The notes under the pieces are model-generated. The model searched no databases, was not told the DNA's origin, and saw only the letters and a program-made list of their open reading frames with translations. This document shows, piece by piece, positions 32,703 through 42,906 of a stretch of 64,000 nt of DNA. The stretch is from Trueperaceae bacterium. Lineage in GTDB: Bacteria > Deinococcota > Deinococci > Deinococcales > Trueperaceae. The stretch's first letter is position 1; every line of letters begins with the position of its first letter. Made by a program: the position numbers and the translations under genes. Location: contig JACFNR010000001.1 of NCBI GenBank assembly GCA_019454765.1, forward strand, positions 100,790 to 164,789. Direction: 5' to 3'.

Positions 32703-34442
32703 TCAGGCCGCTACCGCGAAGCCCTCGTCGAGCTCGGCCATGACGCCGCGCTGGTAGGCGTCGAACTCGTCCTCGGCGACGTAGCGGGACCGCTGGATCT
32801 TCTCGATCACCGGCGCCTTGAGGATGTCGTCGACCGTGGCGCCGGCGTCGAGTGCCGCCTTGGCCTGGTCGTAGAACCGCAGCATCATGTGGAGCATGCC
32901 GTAGGCTTTGCCCATCGAGCAGGAGGCGTCGACGGGGTCGAAGCCGTTCTGCTGCAGGAAGTCCTGCCGCAGGATGCGGCCGGCCTCGATGACGAGGCGC
33001 TCCTGGTCCTGCAGGGCGTCGGGGCCGACGAGCTGCACCACCTCCTGGAGGTCGCTCTCCTGCTGCAGGAGCGTGACGGCGCGGTCGCGCAGCTCCGGGT
33101 AGTCCTCCGCGACGTTGGCGCGGTACCAGTCCTCGATGATCGGGGTGAACAGCGAGTAGGAGCGGTTCCAGTTGATGGCGGGGAAGTGACGGCGGCGCGC
33201 CAGCGAGGCGTCGAGCGCCCAGAAGCAACCCGTGATGCGCAGCGTCGCCTGGGTGACGGGCTCGGAGAAGTCGCCGCCGGCCGGGCTGACGGCGCCGATG
33301 ATGGAGACGGCGGCCTCGTCGCCGGCCAGCGTGGTCACGCGGCCGCCGCGCTCGTAGAACGCCGCGAGGCGCGACGCGAGGTAGGGCGGGTAGCCCTCCT
33401 CGGCGGGCATCTCCTCGAGGCGCGAGGAGATCTCGCGCAGCGCCTCGGCCCAACGGCTGGTGGAGTCGGCCATGATCGACACGGAGTAGCCCTGGTCGCG
33501 GAAGTACTCGGCGAGGGTGATGCCCGTGTAGATGGACGCCTCGCGCGCGGCCACCGGCATGTTGGAGGTGTTGGCGATGAGCACCGTGCGGTGCATGAGC
33601 GGGTCGCCGCTCTTGGGGTCCTCGAGTTCCGGGAACTCGACCAGCACGTCGGTCATCTCGTTGCCGCGCTCGCCGCAGCCCACGTACACCACGATGTCGG
33701 CGTTGCCGAACTTGGCGATCGACTGCTGCGTGACGGTCTTGCCCGAGCCGAACGGTCCGGGGATGGCCGCGGTGCCGCCCATGGTGAGGGGGAAGAGCAC
33801 GTCGAGGATGCGCATGCCGGTGAGGAACGGCGTGACGGGGTCGAGCTTCTTCGCCACGGGCCGCGGTTGACGCACGGGCCAGGGGTGGTACATCTTCAGC
33901 TCGGTGCCGTCTTCCAAGGTGGCCACGGCCGTGTCGATGGTGTACTCGCCGGCGCCGACGACGCTCTTGACCACACCCGACACGGTCGGCGGCACGAGGA
34001 TCTTGTGGACGAACTGGAACTCCGGCACGGTCCCTATGACGTGGCCCGGCTCGAGCCTGTCGCCCGGCTTGACGGAGGGCGTGAACTGCCACTTCGCGTC
34101 GCGCGAGAGCGAGTTGACCGTGATGCCGCGGTCGATGTAGGTGCCGGACGCCTCGCGGATCTTGTCGAGGGGTCGCTGGATGCCGTCGAAGATGCCGTTG
34201 AGCATCCCCGGGCCCATCTCGACCGCCAGAGGTAGACCGGTCGATACGACCTGCTCGCCGACGGTGAGGCCGGCCGTGTCCTCGTAGACCTGGACGAAGG
34301 CCGTGTTGCCGTCCAGGCGGATGATCTCGCCGATCAGGTTCTCGTCGCCCACGCGCACGATGTCGTACATGCGCGCGCCCATCATGCCCTCGGCGATGAC
34401 GGCCGGGCCGGCGATGCGTTGGATCTTGCCTTCGATGGCCAT
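32703..34442 (-). CDS. atpA: V/A-type ATP synthase catalytic subunit A
   Basis: 579 aa. Has Walker [10 protein letters not shown] and the non-homologous insert typical of A subunits. Confidence 0.95.
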   Translation of the reverse strand: MAIEGKIQRIAGPAVIAEGMMGARMYDIVRVGDENLIGEIIRLDGNTAFVQVYEDTAGLTVGEQVVSTGLPLAVEMGPGMLNGIFDGIQRPLDKIREASGTYIDRGITVNSLSRDAKWQFTPSVKPGDRLEPGHVIGTVPEFQFVHKILVPPTVSGVVKSVVGAGEYTIDTAVATLEDGTELKMYHPWPVRQPRPVAKKLDPVTPFLTGMRILDVLFPLTMGGTAAIPGPFGSGKTVTQQSIAKFGNADIVVYVGCGERGNEMTDVLVEFPELEDPKSGDPLMHRTVLIANTSNMPVAAREASIYTGITLAEYFRDQGYSVSIMADSTSRWAEALREISSRLEEMPAEEGYPPYLASRLAAFYERGGRVTTLAGDEAAVSIIGAVSPAGGDFSEPVTQATLRITGCFWALDASLARRRHFPAINWNRSYSLFTPIIEDWYRANVAEDYPELRDRAVTLLQQESDLQEVVQLVGPDALQDQERLVIEAGRILRQDFLQQNGFDPVDASCSMGKAYGMLHMMLRFYDQAKAALDAGATVDDILKAPVIEKIQRSRYVAEDEFDAYQRGVMAELDEGFAVAA

Positions 34443-34458
34443 TATCTATACTCTCCTG

Positions 34459-34785
34459 CTACTCGAGCTTGATGTCGAAGCCGATGGCGCTTCGCACCAA
34501 CTCCTTCATGTAGGTGACGGCGTCGTCGCCACTCCCGAAGGCGGCGCCGAGGCTGGGGACGCTCAACAGCACGGGCAGGTCGCGCCCGCGCATGGCCCGC
34601 TCGGCAGCCTTGACGGGGTCGCGGATAAGGCCCTCGTCGACCACCACGAGGCCGTAGGCGTCCTCGTGGATGATCTCTTCCAGGGCGTGCACGGCCTCGC
34701 CCGGCACGCTGACGCGCACCTCCACGCCGGCCAGGCGGTAACCGATTGCCGTCTCGGCGTCGGTGAGGACCAAGAGGCTAGGCAT
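34459..34785 (-). CDS. atpF: V/A-type ATP synthase subunit F
   Basis: 108 aa starting at ATG 34785 (MPSLLVLTDAETAIGYRLAGVE). The start overlaps the subunit C stop. Confidence 0.88.
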   Translation of the reverse strand: MPSLLVLTDAETAIGYRLAGVEVRVSVPGEAVHALEEIIHEDAYGLVVVDEGLIRDPVKAAERAMRGRDLPVLLSVPSLGAAFGSGDDAVTYMKELVRSAIGFDIKLE

Positions 34786-35797
34786 GAGCCAGCTCCCGTT
34801 CCAGCGCCTCGCGTGGCACGCCGTAGAACTTGCCACGCGCGAGGAGGCGCAGCTGCGCCGCCTCCGCCTCCTTGCGCCGTAGGAAGTCGACGACCACCCC
34901 GATGTTCAGTGGGTCGAGCGCGAGCCGGCGCGCGTCGGCGTCGAGCACCTTGCGGATCTCGGCCTCGGCCGCGCCGAGGTCGCCGGCCGCGGCCGCGGCG
35001 GCCGCCGCGGCGAACGTGCCGCCGGCCAGGGCCGCCAAGGCCCCGTCGGCGTCGTCGACGAGCGCCTGGAAGGCCGTCTGCCTGAGCTCGTGCCCGCCGG
35101 GGACGAACAGGTCGGCCGCGACCACGCCGGTGCCTCGCACCTTGAGGGCCGTGCGTAGGTTGGTGGCGTCTACCTCCCGCGCCAGGTAGCGCAGGAGCCC
35201 GGTGGGCGCGTTCGCGTCGCGCGCGCGCTGGGCCATGGCGGCGTAGTAGGCCATGTCGAGCGCCAACTCGAGGGCGAAGAGGTCCTGGTCGGCCTGGTAG
35301 CGCCGCGCCGCCCTCACGAAGGCGGCCGTGATCTCGGTGCGCGCCAGCGCCAGCACCTGCGCCGCGGCCGCCATGTCGCTCGCGACGGCGGCTTGCTCCA
35401 GGAGGGCCGGCTTGAGTTCGCCTGCCGGGAACAGCGAGCCCTGGATGTCATCAACACCCTTGCCCGCGTGCTTGCCGCGGGCGATCGCCTTGACGTTGGC
35501 GAGGTCGAAGCGCATGAGGAGCAGCCCGATGAGCTGGCGCGGCTGCCCGTCCGTCGTGGAGAGGAGGCCATGGGAGGTGCGGTAGACGTTGCGGGCCACC
35601 GCCCTGTCCACCGCCGCGAGCCCGTCGCCGCGCGCCTGCGCCTCCTCCAGCTCCCGCATGTACGGGGTCTGGGACAGGCCGGCGGTGAAGGCGCGGAAGT
35701 CGCTGGCGTCGAGCGCCGCCTGGTAGTAACCGGGGCCGAGTAGCTTGGCCTTCATCCCGCGCACGCGCGCGTTGATGTAACCGTAATCGCTCGACAT
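34778..35797 (-). CDS. atpC: V/A-type ATP synthase subunit C (eukaryotic d-like)
   Basis: 339 aa starting SDYGYINARVRGMKAKLL, typical of this subunit. It contains a 9-Ala run. Confidence 0.9.
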   Translation of the reverse strand: MSSDYGYINARVRGMKAKLLGPGYYQAALDASDFRAFTAGLSQTPYMRELEEAQARGDGLAAVDRAVARNVYRTSHGLLSTTDGQPRQLIGLLLMRFDLANVKAIARGKHAGKGVDDIQGSLFPAGELKPALLEQAAVASDMAAAAQVLALARTEITAAFVRAARRYQADQDLFALELALDMAYYAAMAQRARDANAPTGLLRYLAREVDATNLRTALKVRGTGVVAADLFVPGGHELRQTAFQALVDDADGALAALAGGTFAAAAAAAAAGDLGAAEAEIRKVLDADARRLALDPLNIGVVVDFLRRKEAEAAQLRLLARGKFYGVPREALERELAHA

Positions 35798-35803
35798 GGG
35801 CCC

Positions 35804-36394
35804 TCAACCCGCCTTGGCGCCGAAGAGCGCCGCCGAGACCTCCGAGGCCAACTCGCCGCGCAGCGCCTCGAGCCGACCGTGGAGCGTGTTCTCGATGACG
35901 CTATGGTTGACGGTGCGGAGCCTGACGCCGCCCCGGACGTCGTCCGCGGTCTCGACCGGCAGTCCGAGGCCGGCGTCGGCGACGGCCTTCTCCGCCAGGG
36001 CCTCGTCACCCCGGCCGACGACGAGGGCCTGCAGCGCTTGACCGCCGGCACCCGCGACCGCCTCGGCCAGCAGCTTGGCGAACACGGCGGGGTAACGAGC
36101 CGGGTCTGCGAGCAGCTCGTCGACCTGGGCGCTCACGGCGGCGAACACGCCCTGCACGGCGTCGTGCTGGGCAGTGAGGCGCAGCGACGACGCTTCGAGC
36201 TGCGCCGCCGACTTGGCGCGCACCAGGAGGGCCTCGCTCTGCGACTTCACGGCGCGGGCGCGCGTTGCCTCGAGCGCCTGCGCCTCCGAACTCGCGCCGA
36301 CAGCGATCTCCGAGGCGCGCTGGCGCGCCTCGGAGAGGATGGCCTCGATCTCGGTGCTCGCCTCTTTCTCGAGCAGAGCCGAAAGATCAGCCAC
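35804..36394 (-). CDS. atpE: V/A-type ATP synthase subunit E
   Basis: 196 aa, with an N-terminal long helix and a globular C-terminus. Position in the operon supports the call. Confidence 0.85.
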   Translation of the reverse strand: MADLSALLEKEASTEIEAILSEARQRASEIAVGASSEAQALEATRARAVKSQSEALLVRAKSAAQLEASSLRLTAQHDAVQGVFAAVSAQVDELLADPARYPAVFAKLLAEAVAGAGGQALQALVVGRGDEALAEKAVADAGLGLPVETADDVRGGVRLRTVNHSVIENTLHGRLEALRGELASEVSAALFGAKAG

Positions 36395-36396
36395 GC

Positions 36397-36711
36397 TTAC
36401 CCGCCGATCTGGTTGTTCAGGAAGAAGGCGATGACGAAGCCGAAGATGATGAGCGTCTCGGGGATGACGAGGTAGATCAGGATCTGACCGAAGGCCTCGG
36501 GCCGTTCGGCGAGCAGGCCGGCGCCGGCGCTGCCGATGGCGGCCTGGGCGATGGCCACGGCGATGGCCGCGAGGCCGATGGCGAGGCCGGCGCCGAGGGC
36601 GATGAGACCAGCACCGATGCCGGGCCCGCCGGCGGACTGGGCGAAGGCGACGGCACCGACGAGGGCGAAGACGGAGACGGCCGAGAGAACGCGGACTACC
36701 TTATTCATCAC
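36397..36711 (-). CDS. atpK: V/A-type ATP synthase proteolipid subunit K (c-ring)
   Basis: 104 aa. A two-helix hairpin with Gly-rich helices and the carboxylate in LVIPETL. Confidence 0.9.
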   Translation of the reverse strand: MMNKVVRVLSAVSVFALVGAVAFAQSAGGPGIGAGLIALGAGLAIGLAAIAVAIAQAAIGSAGAGLLAERPEAFGQILIYLVIPETLIIFGFVIAFFLNNQIGG

Positions 36712-38696
36712 TTTCCTCCTAGGAGCTTGAACGGTCTGTATGGTCGGCCGCTAGCGTCGTAGTAGCCGAACTTGGTGAAGAACTCGACATACTGCAGTCG
36801 CAGGGGCTGCAGCGTATGCCCGATGATCGTGAGGGTTATCGCGGTGAGGTGGACGGCCGCTCCCAGGACGATGCCCAGGATGGGACCGATGACGGGCAGG
36901 GTGCCCGCGACCGCGAAACCCAGGCTCGTGACCAGGTTGGCCACGAGGGCGGCCGAGAGGCCGACGGCGAAGAGTCGGAGGTAACTGAGGATGTTACCGG
37001 AGTTCGAGATGAGCTCGACGAGCATCAGCGGCATCTTGGCGAGCACGGCGCAGGCGAGGAACACGAGCATGAGGACGAGCACGCCGCCCAGGAGGGCGGG
37101 CGAGAGCGCGCCGTTCAGGTACGCCCAAGCGAACACGACGATGCCGGCCAGGCCCGACGCCATGCCGGCGCCCTCGTAGACGTGCTTCATGTCGCCGTGC
37201 CTGGCGCCGTAGATGACGCGGATGATCCAGCCGCCGATCACCTGAAGCACGCCGAAGCCGATGCTGAGGAGCAAGAGCGGGGTGAACACCTCGACGCGGA
37301 AGATCGGCACGTCGATCAGGCCGTAGCCGGGCTCGTGGTGCAACGTCGTGTAGAAGATCGGCCGGCCGGCCGGGAAGCGCTCGAGGAAGTTGCCGAACAC
37401 CTCGCCGAACAGGAAGCCCCACACGATGGACCAGGCGGCGCACCAGTAGATCACGGTGCTGATGGGCTTGAGCGCCCCCGCCGGTACGACGATGTTGAGG
37501 GGGCCGAGGTCGAGCTTCTTGCCGGCCTCGCCGCGCCGGCGCAACCAGTAGGCGATGAGCGCGAACAGCGCGCCGAACCCCATGTCGCCGACGACGAGAC
37601 CGAAGAACAGCGGGAAGAAGACGGCCAGCGTCCACGACGGGTCGAAGCTGCCGTACTTCGGCGGCGCGAACAGCGCCAACAGGCCCGTGAAGGGCCGCAC
37701 CCAGGCGGGGTTCTCGAACTTGACCGGCACGCCCTCGTCGTGGTGGGCGTCGGCCTCGCGCGTGCTCATGACCACGTCGGGACCGAACTGCTTCGTGAGG
37801 GACGCGACCACGTTGTCGCGGTCCGCGCTGGGCACCCAGCCCCTCAGGGCGAAGCCGTAGCGGCCCTCGGCGAGGTCCTGCAGGCGGTCGTAACGCTCGC
37901 GCTGGTTGCGCGCGGCGCGGTCCAGGGACGCGAGGCGCGCCCCCTGCTGGCCCGCCAGCTTCTTGAGGTCGGCGGCGATGGCCTCGAGCCGCTGCGGTAG
38001 CACCCGCGCGCGCTCCTCCATGACGTGAGCCGCCTTCGCCACGCCCAACCCCGCGTAACCGTCCGGCAAGACGAGCTCGGAGAGTCCCTCCTTGGTAAGG
38101 GCGCTCCTGAGGTCGGCCAGGCGCGTGGCGAGGGTGACGGCCACCACGAGGTGCCCGCCCCTGTGATGGCGGCTAGCGAACGCCACGGCGCCGCCGAGCT
38201 GCTCCTCGAGCTTGGGGGCGACAGCGTCGAGGCCGCCGTCATCGATGAGGAACGCGACGGAGCGGAGGTAGCGCGAGTCGTCGAGGGGGCCCTGCAGCGG
38301 CGCGAGTTCTCGCAGAAGCGGCTGGAAGGCTCGGATGAGCTCCAACTCGTCCGTGAGCTCGCCGCGCTCGGCCACGAGCCGCTCCACCTGTTCGGCCACC
38401 TGCTTGAGGTCGCGTTCGATGGCGACCGGGTCGGCGCCGACCTCGACGCGTTGCTGCTGCTCGACGTCGATCTTGAGCTCCGACAGCAGCGCCGCCGACT
38501 TGGCGACGAGCCGGTCCCAGCTCTCCTTGGCCTCCAGGTCGGAGCCGGCGAGCTTCAGTCGGCGGATGGACTCCTGAGTGGCGCCCGGGTCGAGCGTGTC
38601 GACCTGCACCACGCCCAGGTTCTGGAGGCTGGTCAGCACTTCCTTGGCGCGGCTGCGCCTGCCGACCACCACCACCTGGTCCATCGTGGCGATCAC
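36708..38696 (-). CDS. atpI: V/A-type ATP synthase subunit I (a-like stator)
   Basis: 662 aa, with a soluble N-terminal half and a polytopic C-terminal half containing SYLRLFAVGL (conserved Arg). Confidence 0.92.
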   Translation of the reverse strand: MIATMDQVVVVGRRSRAKEVLTSLQNLGVVQVDTLDPGATQESIRRLKLAGSDLEAKESWDRLVAKSAALLSELKIDVEQQQRVEVGADPVAIERDLKQVAEQVERLVAERGELTDELELIRAFQPLLRELAPLQGPLDDSRYLRSVAFLIDDGGLDAVAPKLEEQLGGAVAFASRHHRGGHLVVAVTLATRLADLRSALTKEGLSELVLPDGYAGLGVAKAAHVMEERARVLPQRLEAIAADLKKLAGQQGARLASLDRAARNQRERYDRLQDLAEGRYGFALRGWVPSADRDNVVASLTKQFGPDVVMSTREADAHHDEGVPVKFENPAWVRPFTGLLALFAPPKYGSFDPSWTLAVFFPLFFGLVVGDMGFGALFALIAYWLRRRGEAGKKLDLGPLNIVVPAGALKPISTVIYWCAAWSIVWGFLFGEVFGNFLERFPAGRPIFYTTLHHEPGYGLIDVPIFRVEVFTPLLLLSIGFGVLQVIGGWIIRVIYGARHGDMKHVYEGAGMASGLAGIVVFAWAYLNGALSPALLGGVLVLMLVFLACAVLAKMPLMLVELISNSGNILSYLRLFAVGLSAALVANLVTSLGFAVAGTLPVIGPILGIVLGAAVHLTAITLTIIGHTLQPLRLQYVEFFTKFGYYDASGRPYRPFKLLGGK

Positions 38697-39013
38697 GGCA
38701 GGACCTTCTCCATGACCAGCTGGACCGCGCGTTGGGCGTTGTTGCGCGCCTTCTCCCGCAGCAGCTCGGCGCTCTCGCGCGCGGCCCTGACGATCTCCTC
38801 GCGCGCGGAACCGGCCTCCTTGGCGGCGGCCTCCAGGTCGCGCTTGGCGGCGCTCTCGGCCTTCGCCTTGGCGTCCTCGACCAGCTTCGCGGCGTCCACC
38901 GCGGCCTGGTCAAGCTGCGCCTTGGCCTTGGCCTTCGCCTCCTCCACCTTGCGCACCAGGTTCTTCTCCTGGGTCACCAGGTCTTGGAGCAACTTCTCAC
39001 CTTGGGCTTCCAA
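38693..39013 (-). CDS. V/A-type ATP synthase peripheral-stalk subunit G-like (coiled coil)
   Basis: 106 aa and Lys/Ala/Glu-rich. It is the first gene of the operon, as in the Thermus G-I-K-E-C-F-A-B-D order. The start is TTG, with GGAGG 5 nt upstream. Confidence 0.75.
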   Translation of the reverse strand: MEAQGEKLLQDLVTQEKNLVRKVEEAKAKAKAQLDQAAVDAAKLVEDAKAKAESAAKRDLEAAAKEAGSAREEIVRAARESAELLREKARNNAQRAVQLVMEKVLP

Positions 39014-39101
39014 GCGGCCCTCCTTCCGTCACACACGCCGGCACCGGCACCAAAAGGCGGGGCCTGATGTCGTCGGGATCGTCCGCTAGTAGTTCGTGCA
39101 C

Positions 39102-39144
39102 AAAAAAACGCAGTCGAACGGCATATGACGCCCCTGACGCGTTT
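39102..39144 (-). terminator. Intrinsic-terminator-like hairpin followed by U7 (downstream of dnaG)
   Basis: The minus-strand RNA reads AAACGCGUC...GAC(U)GCGUUUUUUU. It forms a 9-bp outer stem with one bulge and a 3-bp inner stem. The seven-U run corresponds to 39108-39102. Confidence 0.5.
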
Positions 39145-39151
39145 CCGCCCA

Positions 39152-39180
39152 AACATACCAAGGCACCCCAGGGGTGTCAA
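39152..39180 (-). promoter_or_regulatory. Candidate sigma70-type promoter, TTGACA-17 nt-TATGTT, upstream of the V/A-ATPase operon
   Basis: On the minus strand the -35 TTGACA is at 39180-39175 and the -10 TATGTT at 39157-39152. It lies in the lowest-GC patch of the dnaG/atp intergenic region. Confidence 0.45.
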
Positions 39181-39242
39181 TCAAGGACATTCGTCCCGCG
39201 AGCGCCCGACCGGCGCCTGGAACCTCCCCACACTGTAGTGCG

Positions 39243-41081
39243 TCAACCCCGGCGCTTGCGCCGCTTCGAGAACGAGCCCTGCACCCGCAGGCGCCGCTCG
39301 GCGTCGCGGGCCGTCAGCACTCCCTGTATCTCGTGGAGCTCGTCGTAGAGGTCGGCGAGGGCCGCGCCGTCGGCGGCGCCATCTTCCAGGTCGCGCGCCA
39401 GCTGCGCGCGGCGCGCCAGCAGGCGCGCCCGGCCCTCCTCCTTCTGCTCCTCGAGGTCGAGCTCTCGCAGGCGCGACATGGCCTTGACGAGCTGGTCCTC
39501 GACGTCGATGCGGCCGTCGTCCTCCGCTTCGGCCCGGAGGAGCCGCTCGAGAACCACCGCCCCATCGTCGAGCCCCTGGTACTCGGCCAGCACGGCGTCC
39601 GCATCGAAGTCGAGCCGCCGGCAGCGCCGCTCGAACTCCACGAGCAGCGAGTCGGCGCCCTGGTCGGGCAGTCCGGCGAGGACGCGCCCGAGGCGCTCGG
39701 CGAGGGCGCGCGGCTCCATCAGGAGCAGGGCGACCACCTCGAGCTCCAGGCGCCGCGCCTGCCCCAGCTCGAGGCGGCGGCTTCTCATGCCCCGCATCTC
39801 GGTGGGCGACGGCGCGCGCCGCGCGTGCCCCGCCAACCAGTCGTCGAGGCGCGCGGCGTCGATGGCGAGGTGCTCGATCACGAGCCGCCGCATCTCGGCC
39901 GCCACCGGGTCGAAGACGGCGCGCGGTCGCAACACCCCCTGGAGCTCCTCGAGCACGGCCCGCTGCCCGGTCAACGTGGTCACGTCGTGACGCTCCGCCA
40001 CGCGCCGGAACCGGAACTCGACCTCGCTAACGCCCCGCTCGAGGGCGGCCCGGAACTCGTCGAGGTGCCCTCCGAGCACCGCTTCCGCCGGGTCCTTGCC
40101 GTGCGGAACGCTCACGGCCGTCACGACGAACGATCGCCCGACGGCCTGGTCGAGCCCGGCGAGCACCGCCCTCTGCCCCGCCTCGTCGGCGTCGAACGCC
40201 AGCTTCACGGCGTGCACGTCCAACCGCGCCAGCGCGTCCCCCTGCTCGGCGGTGAGGGTGGCGCCGAGGGCGGCCACCGTGTTGGCGAGTCCCACCTGGT
40301 GCAGGGCGATGACGTCCATGTACCCCTCGACCACGATGACCTCGCCGCTGCGCCTGATGTCGGCGCGCGCCCGGTCCAGTGCGTAGAGGAGCTCCCCCTT
40401 GCGGAACAGCTCAGACTCCGGGCTGTTCATGTACTTCGGCTGGGAACCGTCCATCACCCGGCCGGCGAAACCGACAAGGCGCGACAGGCCGTCGCGGATG
40501 GGGAACATCACCCTGTCCCTGAAGCGGTCGAAGCGCCGCCCGCGCTCGCTCTCGATGACGAGCCCGAGGGCGAGCAGGTCGTCCTCCCTCACCCCCTTGG
40601 CGAGGGCGTGGCGCAGCAGCCCGTCCCACCCCGCCGGGGCGTAACCGAGCTCGAACGCCGTCACGGTGGCGGTCGTCAGCCCGCGGCCCACCAGGTAGTC
40701 GAGTGGCGGACCCGCGAGGTGTGAGCGGAAGTAGTCGAGGGCGAGCTGGTTGACGTCGTAGAGGTCCCGCCGGTGCGGCTCCCCCCCCTGGCCGACCGTC
40801 ACCTCGACGCCGGCCCTGGCGCCCAGCAACCGCAGGGCGTCGGGGAAGCCGAGCGACTGCGTTCGCATCACGAAGTCGAAGACGTCGCCCTTGGCGTGGC
40901 AACCGAAGCAGTAGAAGTAGCCCCGGTCGACGTGCACGTGGAAGCTCGGCGTCTTCTCGGAGTGGAACGGGCACAGGCCCTTGAGCTGACCGCGACCGGC
41001 CGGCTTGAGCGCCACCACCTCCCCGACCACGTCGGCGATGTTGAGGCGCTCCTTGATCTGCGACTTGGCGTCTGCGGCCAT
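39243..41081 (-). CDS. dnaG: DNA primase
   Basis: Has the zinc ribbon CPFHSEKTPSFHVHVDRGYFYCFGCHAKGD and the TOPRIM motif VIVVEGYMDV. 612 aa. Confidence 0.93.
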   Translation of the reverse strand: MAADAKSQIKERLNIADVVGEVVALKPAGRGQLKGLCPFHSEKTPSFHVHVDRGYFYCFGCHAKGDVFDFVMRTQSLGFPDALRLLGARAGVEVTVGQGGEPHRRDLYDVNQLALDYFRSHLAGPPLDYLVGRGLTTATVTAFELGYAPAGWDGLLRHALAKGVREDDLLALGLVIESERGRRFDRFRDRVMFPIRDGLSRLVGFAGRVMDGSQPKYMNSPESELFRKGELLYALDRARADIRRSGEVIVVEGYMDVIALHQVGLANTVAALGATLTAEQGDALARLDVHAVKLAFDADEAGQRAVLAGLDQAVGRSFVVTAVSVPHGKDPAEAVLGGHLDEFRAALERGVSEVEFRFRRVAERHDVTTLTGQRAVLEELQGVLRPRAVFDPVAAEMRRLVIEHLAIDAARLDDWLAGHARRAPSPTEMRGMRSRRLELGQARRLELEVVALLLMEPRALAERLGRVLAGLPDQGADSLLVEFERRCRRLDFDADAVLAEYQGLDDGAVVLERLLRAEAEDDGRIDVEDQLVKAMSRLRELDLEEQKEEGRARLLARRAQLARDLEDGAADGAALADLYDELHEIQGVLTARDAERRLRVQGSFSKRRKRRG

Positions 41082-41131
41082 CTACCCGGCTCCCCGAAGC
41101 ACCCGCACGTTACTCCGCCACGCGGCCGGCC

Positions 41132-41680
41132 TCAGTCGTGCGCGCCCAGCTCCGCCGGGAACAGCGGCAGGTGGCCCAGCGCCACCACCCCCTCGCGCTC
41201 GTCGCCCTCGGTGAACACGACCATCGTCGCCACGACGGTGGCGCCGATCTCGCCGAGGATCTCGACCAACCCCCCCAGGGTGCCGCCCGTCGAGACGACG
41301 TCGTCCACGATGGCCACGCGCTTGCCGCGGAGCTTCTCGACGTCGGCGCCGTCGATGACCAGGAGCTGCGGCTTGCCCGTGGTGATGGAGACGACGGACT
41401 TCTTGATGGCGCCCACCATGTAGGGCTTCTCCGTCTTCCTCGCCACCACGTACGGCAGGCCGCTCCTGACGCTCATGGCGTGAGCCAGCGGGACCGCCTT
41501 CACCTCCGGCGTCACCAGCGTCTGGACGCCGTGCGGCAGCCGCTTGACGAGCTCCTCGGCGGCGGCCTCGGTGAGGGCCGTGTCGCCGAGCAGGTTGAGG
41601 AGCGCGACCGACGCCGCCCCCACGTTGACGACCTTCAGCTCGCGTTCCTGGTCCCCGACGCGAACCCGGTGAGTCTGCAT
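41132..41680 (-). CDS. Type I phosphoribosyltransferase (adenine/xanthine PRTase-like)
   Basis: Has the PRPP loop [21 protein letters not shown] lies 7 nt upstream of ATG 41680. The substrate is not assignable. Confidence 0.75.
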   Translation of the reverse strand: MQTHRVRVGDQERELKVVNVGAASVALLNLLGDTALTEAAAEELVKRLPHGVQTLVTPEVKAVPLAHAMSVRSGLPYVVARKTEKPYMVGAIKKSVVSITTGKPQLLVIDGADVEKLRGKRVAIVDDVVSTGGTLGGLVEILGEIGATVVATMVVFTEGDEREGVVALGHLPLFPAELGAHD

Positions 41681-41891
41681 GGTGTGACCCTCCTGCTGCG
41701 GCGCCCGCCCGCCGGACCGACCGGCGCCGGGCGCCGAGGCCATGGCCGAGCCACCTTACCGCAGCGCGCCACCGGCAGCGCGCCGTCGGCGCGAGCGCGC
41801 GGGCAACCGACCCCGCCAGGCGGGGGGCAGGTGGGAGCCGCGAGCGCCGCCGGGAGCGGGTCGCCGCGGGCCGCGTGATACGCTCGAGGGC

Positions 41892-42899
41892 GTGGATGAG
41901 GTACGGCTCAGGCCCGCTTCGTTGGCTGCCTACGTCGGCCAGGCGCGCCTGAAGCGCAAGCTGGAGGTGTACCTCGAGGCGGCGCGAGACCGCGGCGAGG
42001 CGCTCGATCACGTGTTGCTGTACGGCCCGCCGGGGCTCGGCAAGACGACCCTCGCGCACATCATCGCGGCGGAGCTAGGCGTCGGGATCCGCGTGACCTC
42101 CGGGCCCGCCATCGAGAAGCCCGGGGACCTGGCCGCGATCCTCACCAACTCCCTGGAACCCGGCGACGTGCTGTTCATCGACGAGATCCACCGGCTCGGC
42201 CGCGTGGCCGAGGAGCACCTCTACCCCGCCATGGAGGAGTTCAAGATCGACATCGTGTTGGGGCAAGGCCCCGCCGCGCGCTCCATCCGGCTCGAGCTCC
42301 CGCGCTTCACCCTCGTCGGCGCCACCACGCGGCCGGGCCTCATCACGGGTCCGCTGCGGAGCCGCTTCGGGATCATCGAGCACCTCGACTTCTACTCGGA
42401 CGCCGAGCTGGCCACCTCGGTGCGGCGCGACGCGCGCGAGCTCGGGTATCACCTCTCGGACGAGGCGGCGCTCGAGATAGGCCGGCGCTCGCGGGGCACC
42501 ATGCGCATCGCCAAGCGCCTGCTCAGGCGCGTCCGCGACTACGCACAGGTGGCCGGCGACGACGACATCGACCTGGGGAGGGCCCGTCACGCGCTCGACG
42601 CGCTCGACATCGACGACGCCGGCCTCGACCGGCGCGACCGCGCCATCCTCGCGGCGCTGGTCGAACGGTTCGCCGGCGGGCCGGTGGGGCTCGACACGCT
42701 CGCGACCGCCGTGTCGGAGGACCGCGCCACGCTGGAGGAGGTCTACGAACCGTTCCTGATCCAGCGCGGGCTGATCATGCGGACCCAGCGCGGCCGGGTC
42801 GCCACCCCGGCCACCTACCGGCACCTAGGGCTCCCGGTGCCTCAGTCCGGCGCCGACCAGGCGCAGCTCTTCGGCGCGGGCGCCGAGGGGCCGGGCTGA
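41892..42899 (+). CDS. ruvB: Holliday junction branch migration helicase RuvB
   Basis: Has [12 protein letters not shown], Walker [12 protein letters not shown] and LFIDEIHRL. The start is assigned to GTG 41892. The longer track ORF is an implausible extension. Confidence 0.9.
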   Translation: MDEVRLRPASLAAYVGQARLKRKLEVYLEAARDRGEALDHVLLYGPPGLGKTTLAHIIAAELGVGIRVTSGPAIEKPGDLAAILTNSLEPGDVLFIDEIHRLGRVAEEHLYPAMEEFKIDIVLGQGPAARSIRLELPRFTLVGATTRPGLITGPLRSRFGIIEHLDFYSDAELATSVRRDARELGYHLSDEAALEIGRRSRGTMRIAKRLLRRVRDYAQVAGDDDIDLGRARHALDALDIDDAGLDRRDRAILAALVERFAGGPVGLDTLATAVSEDRATLEEVYEPFLIQRGLIMRTQRGRVATPATYRHLGLPVPQSGADQAQLFGAGAEGPG

Positions 42900-42906
42900 G
42901 GCCGCC

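Noticed and set aside
34981-35010. GCC/GCG-rich tract coding a 9-Ala run in V-ATPase subunit C
   Set aside because: It is in frame within a conserved gene. This is a low-complexity linker and probably of no regulatory meaning.
38974-39348. Small ORFs in the dnaG/atp intergenic region (38974..39180 minus, 39067..39348 plus)
   Set aside because: They overlap the atpG-like start or the dnaG 3' end. They have poor coding bias and Arg/Cys-rich composition.
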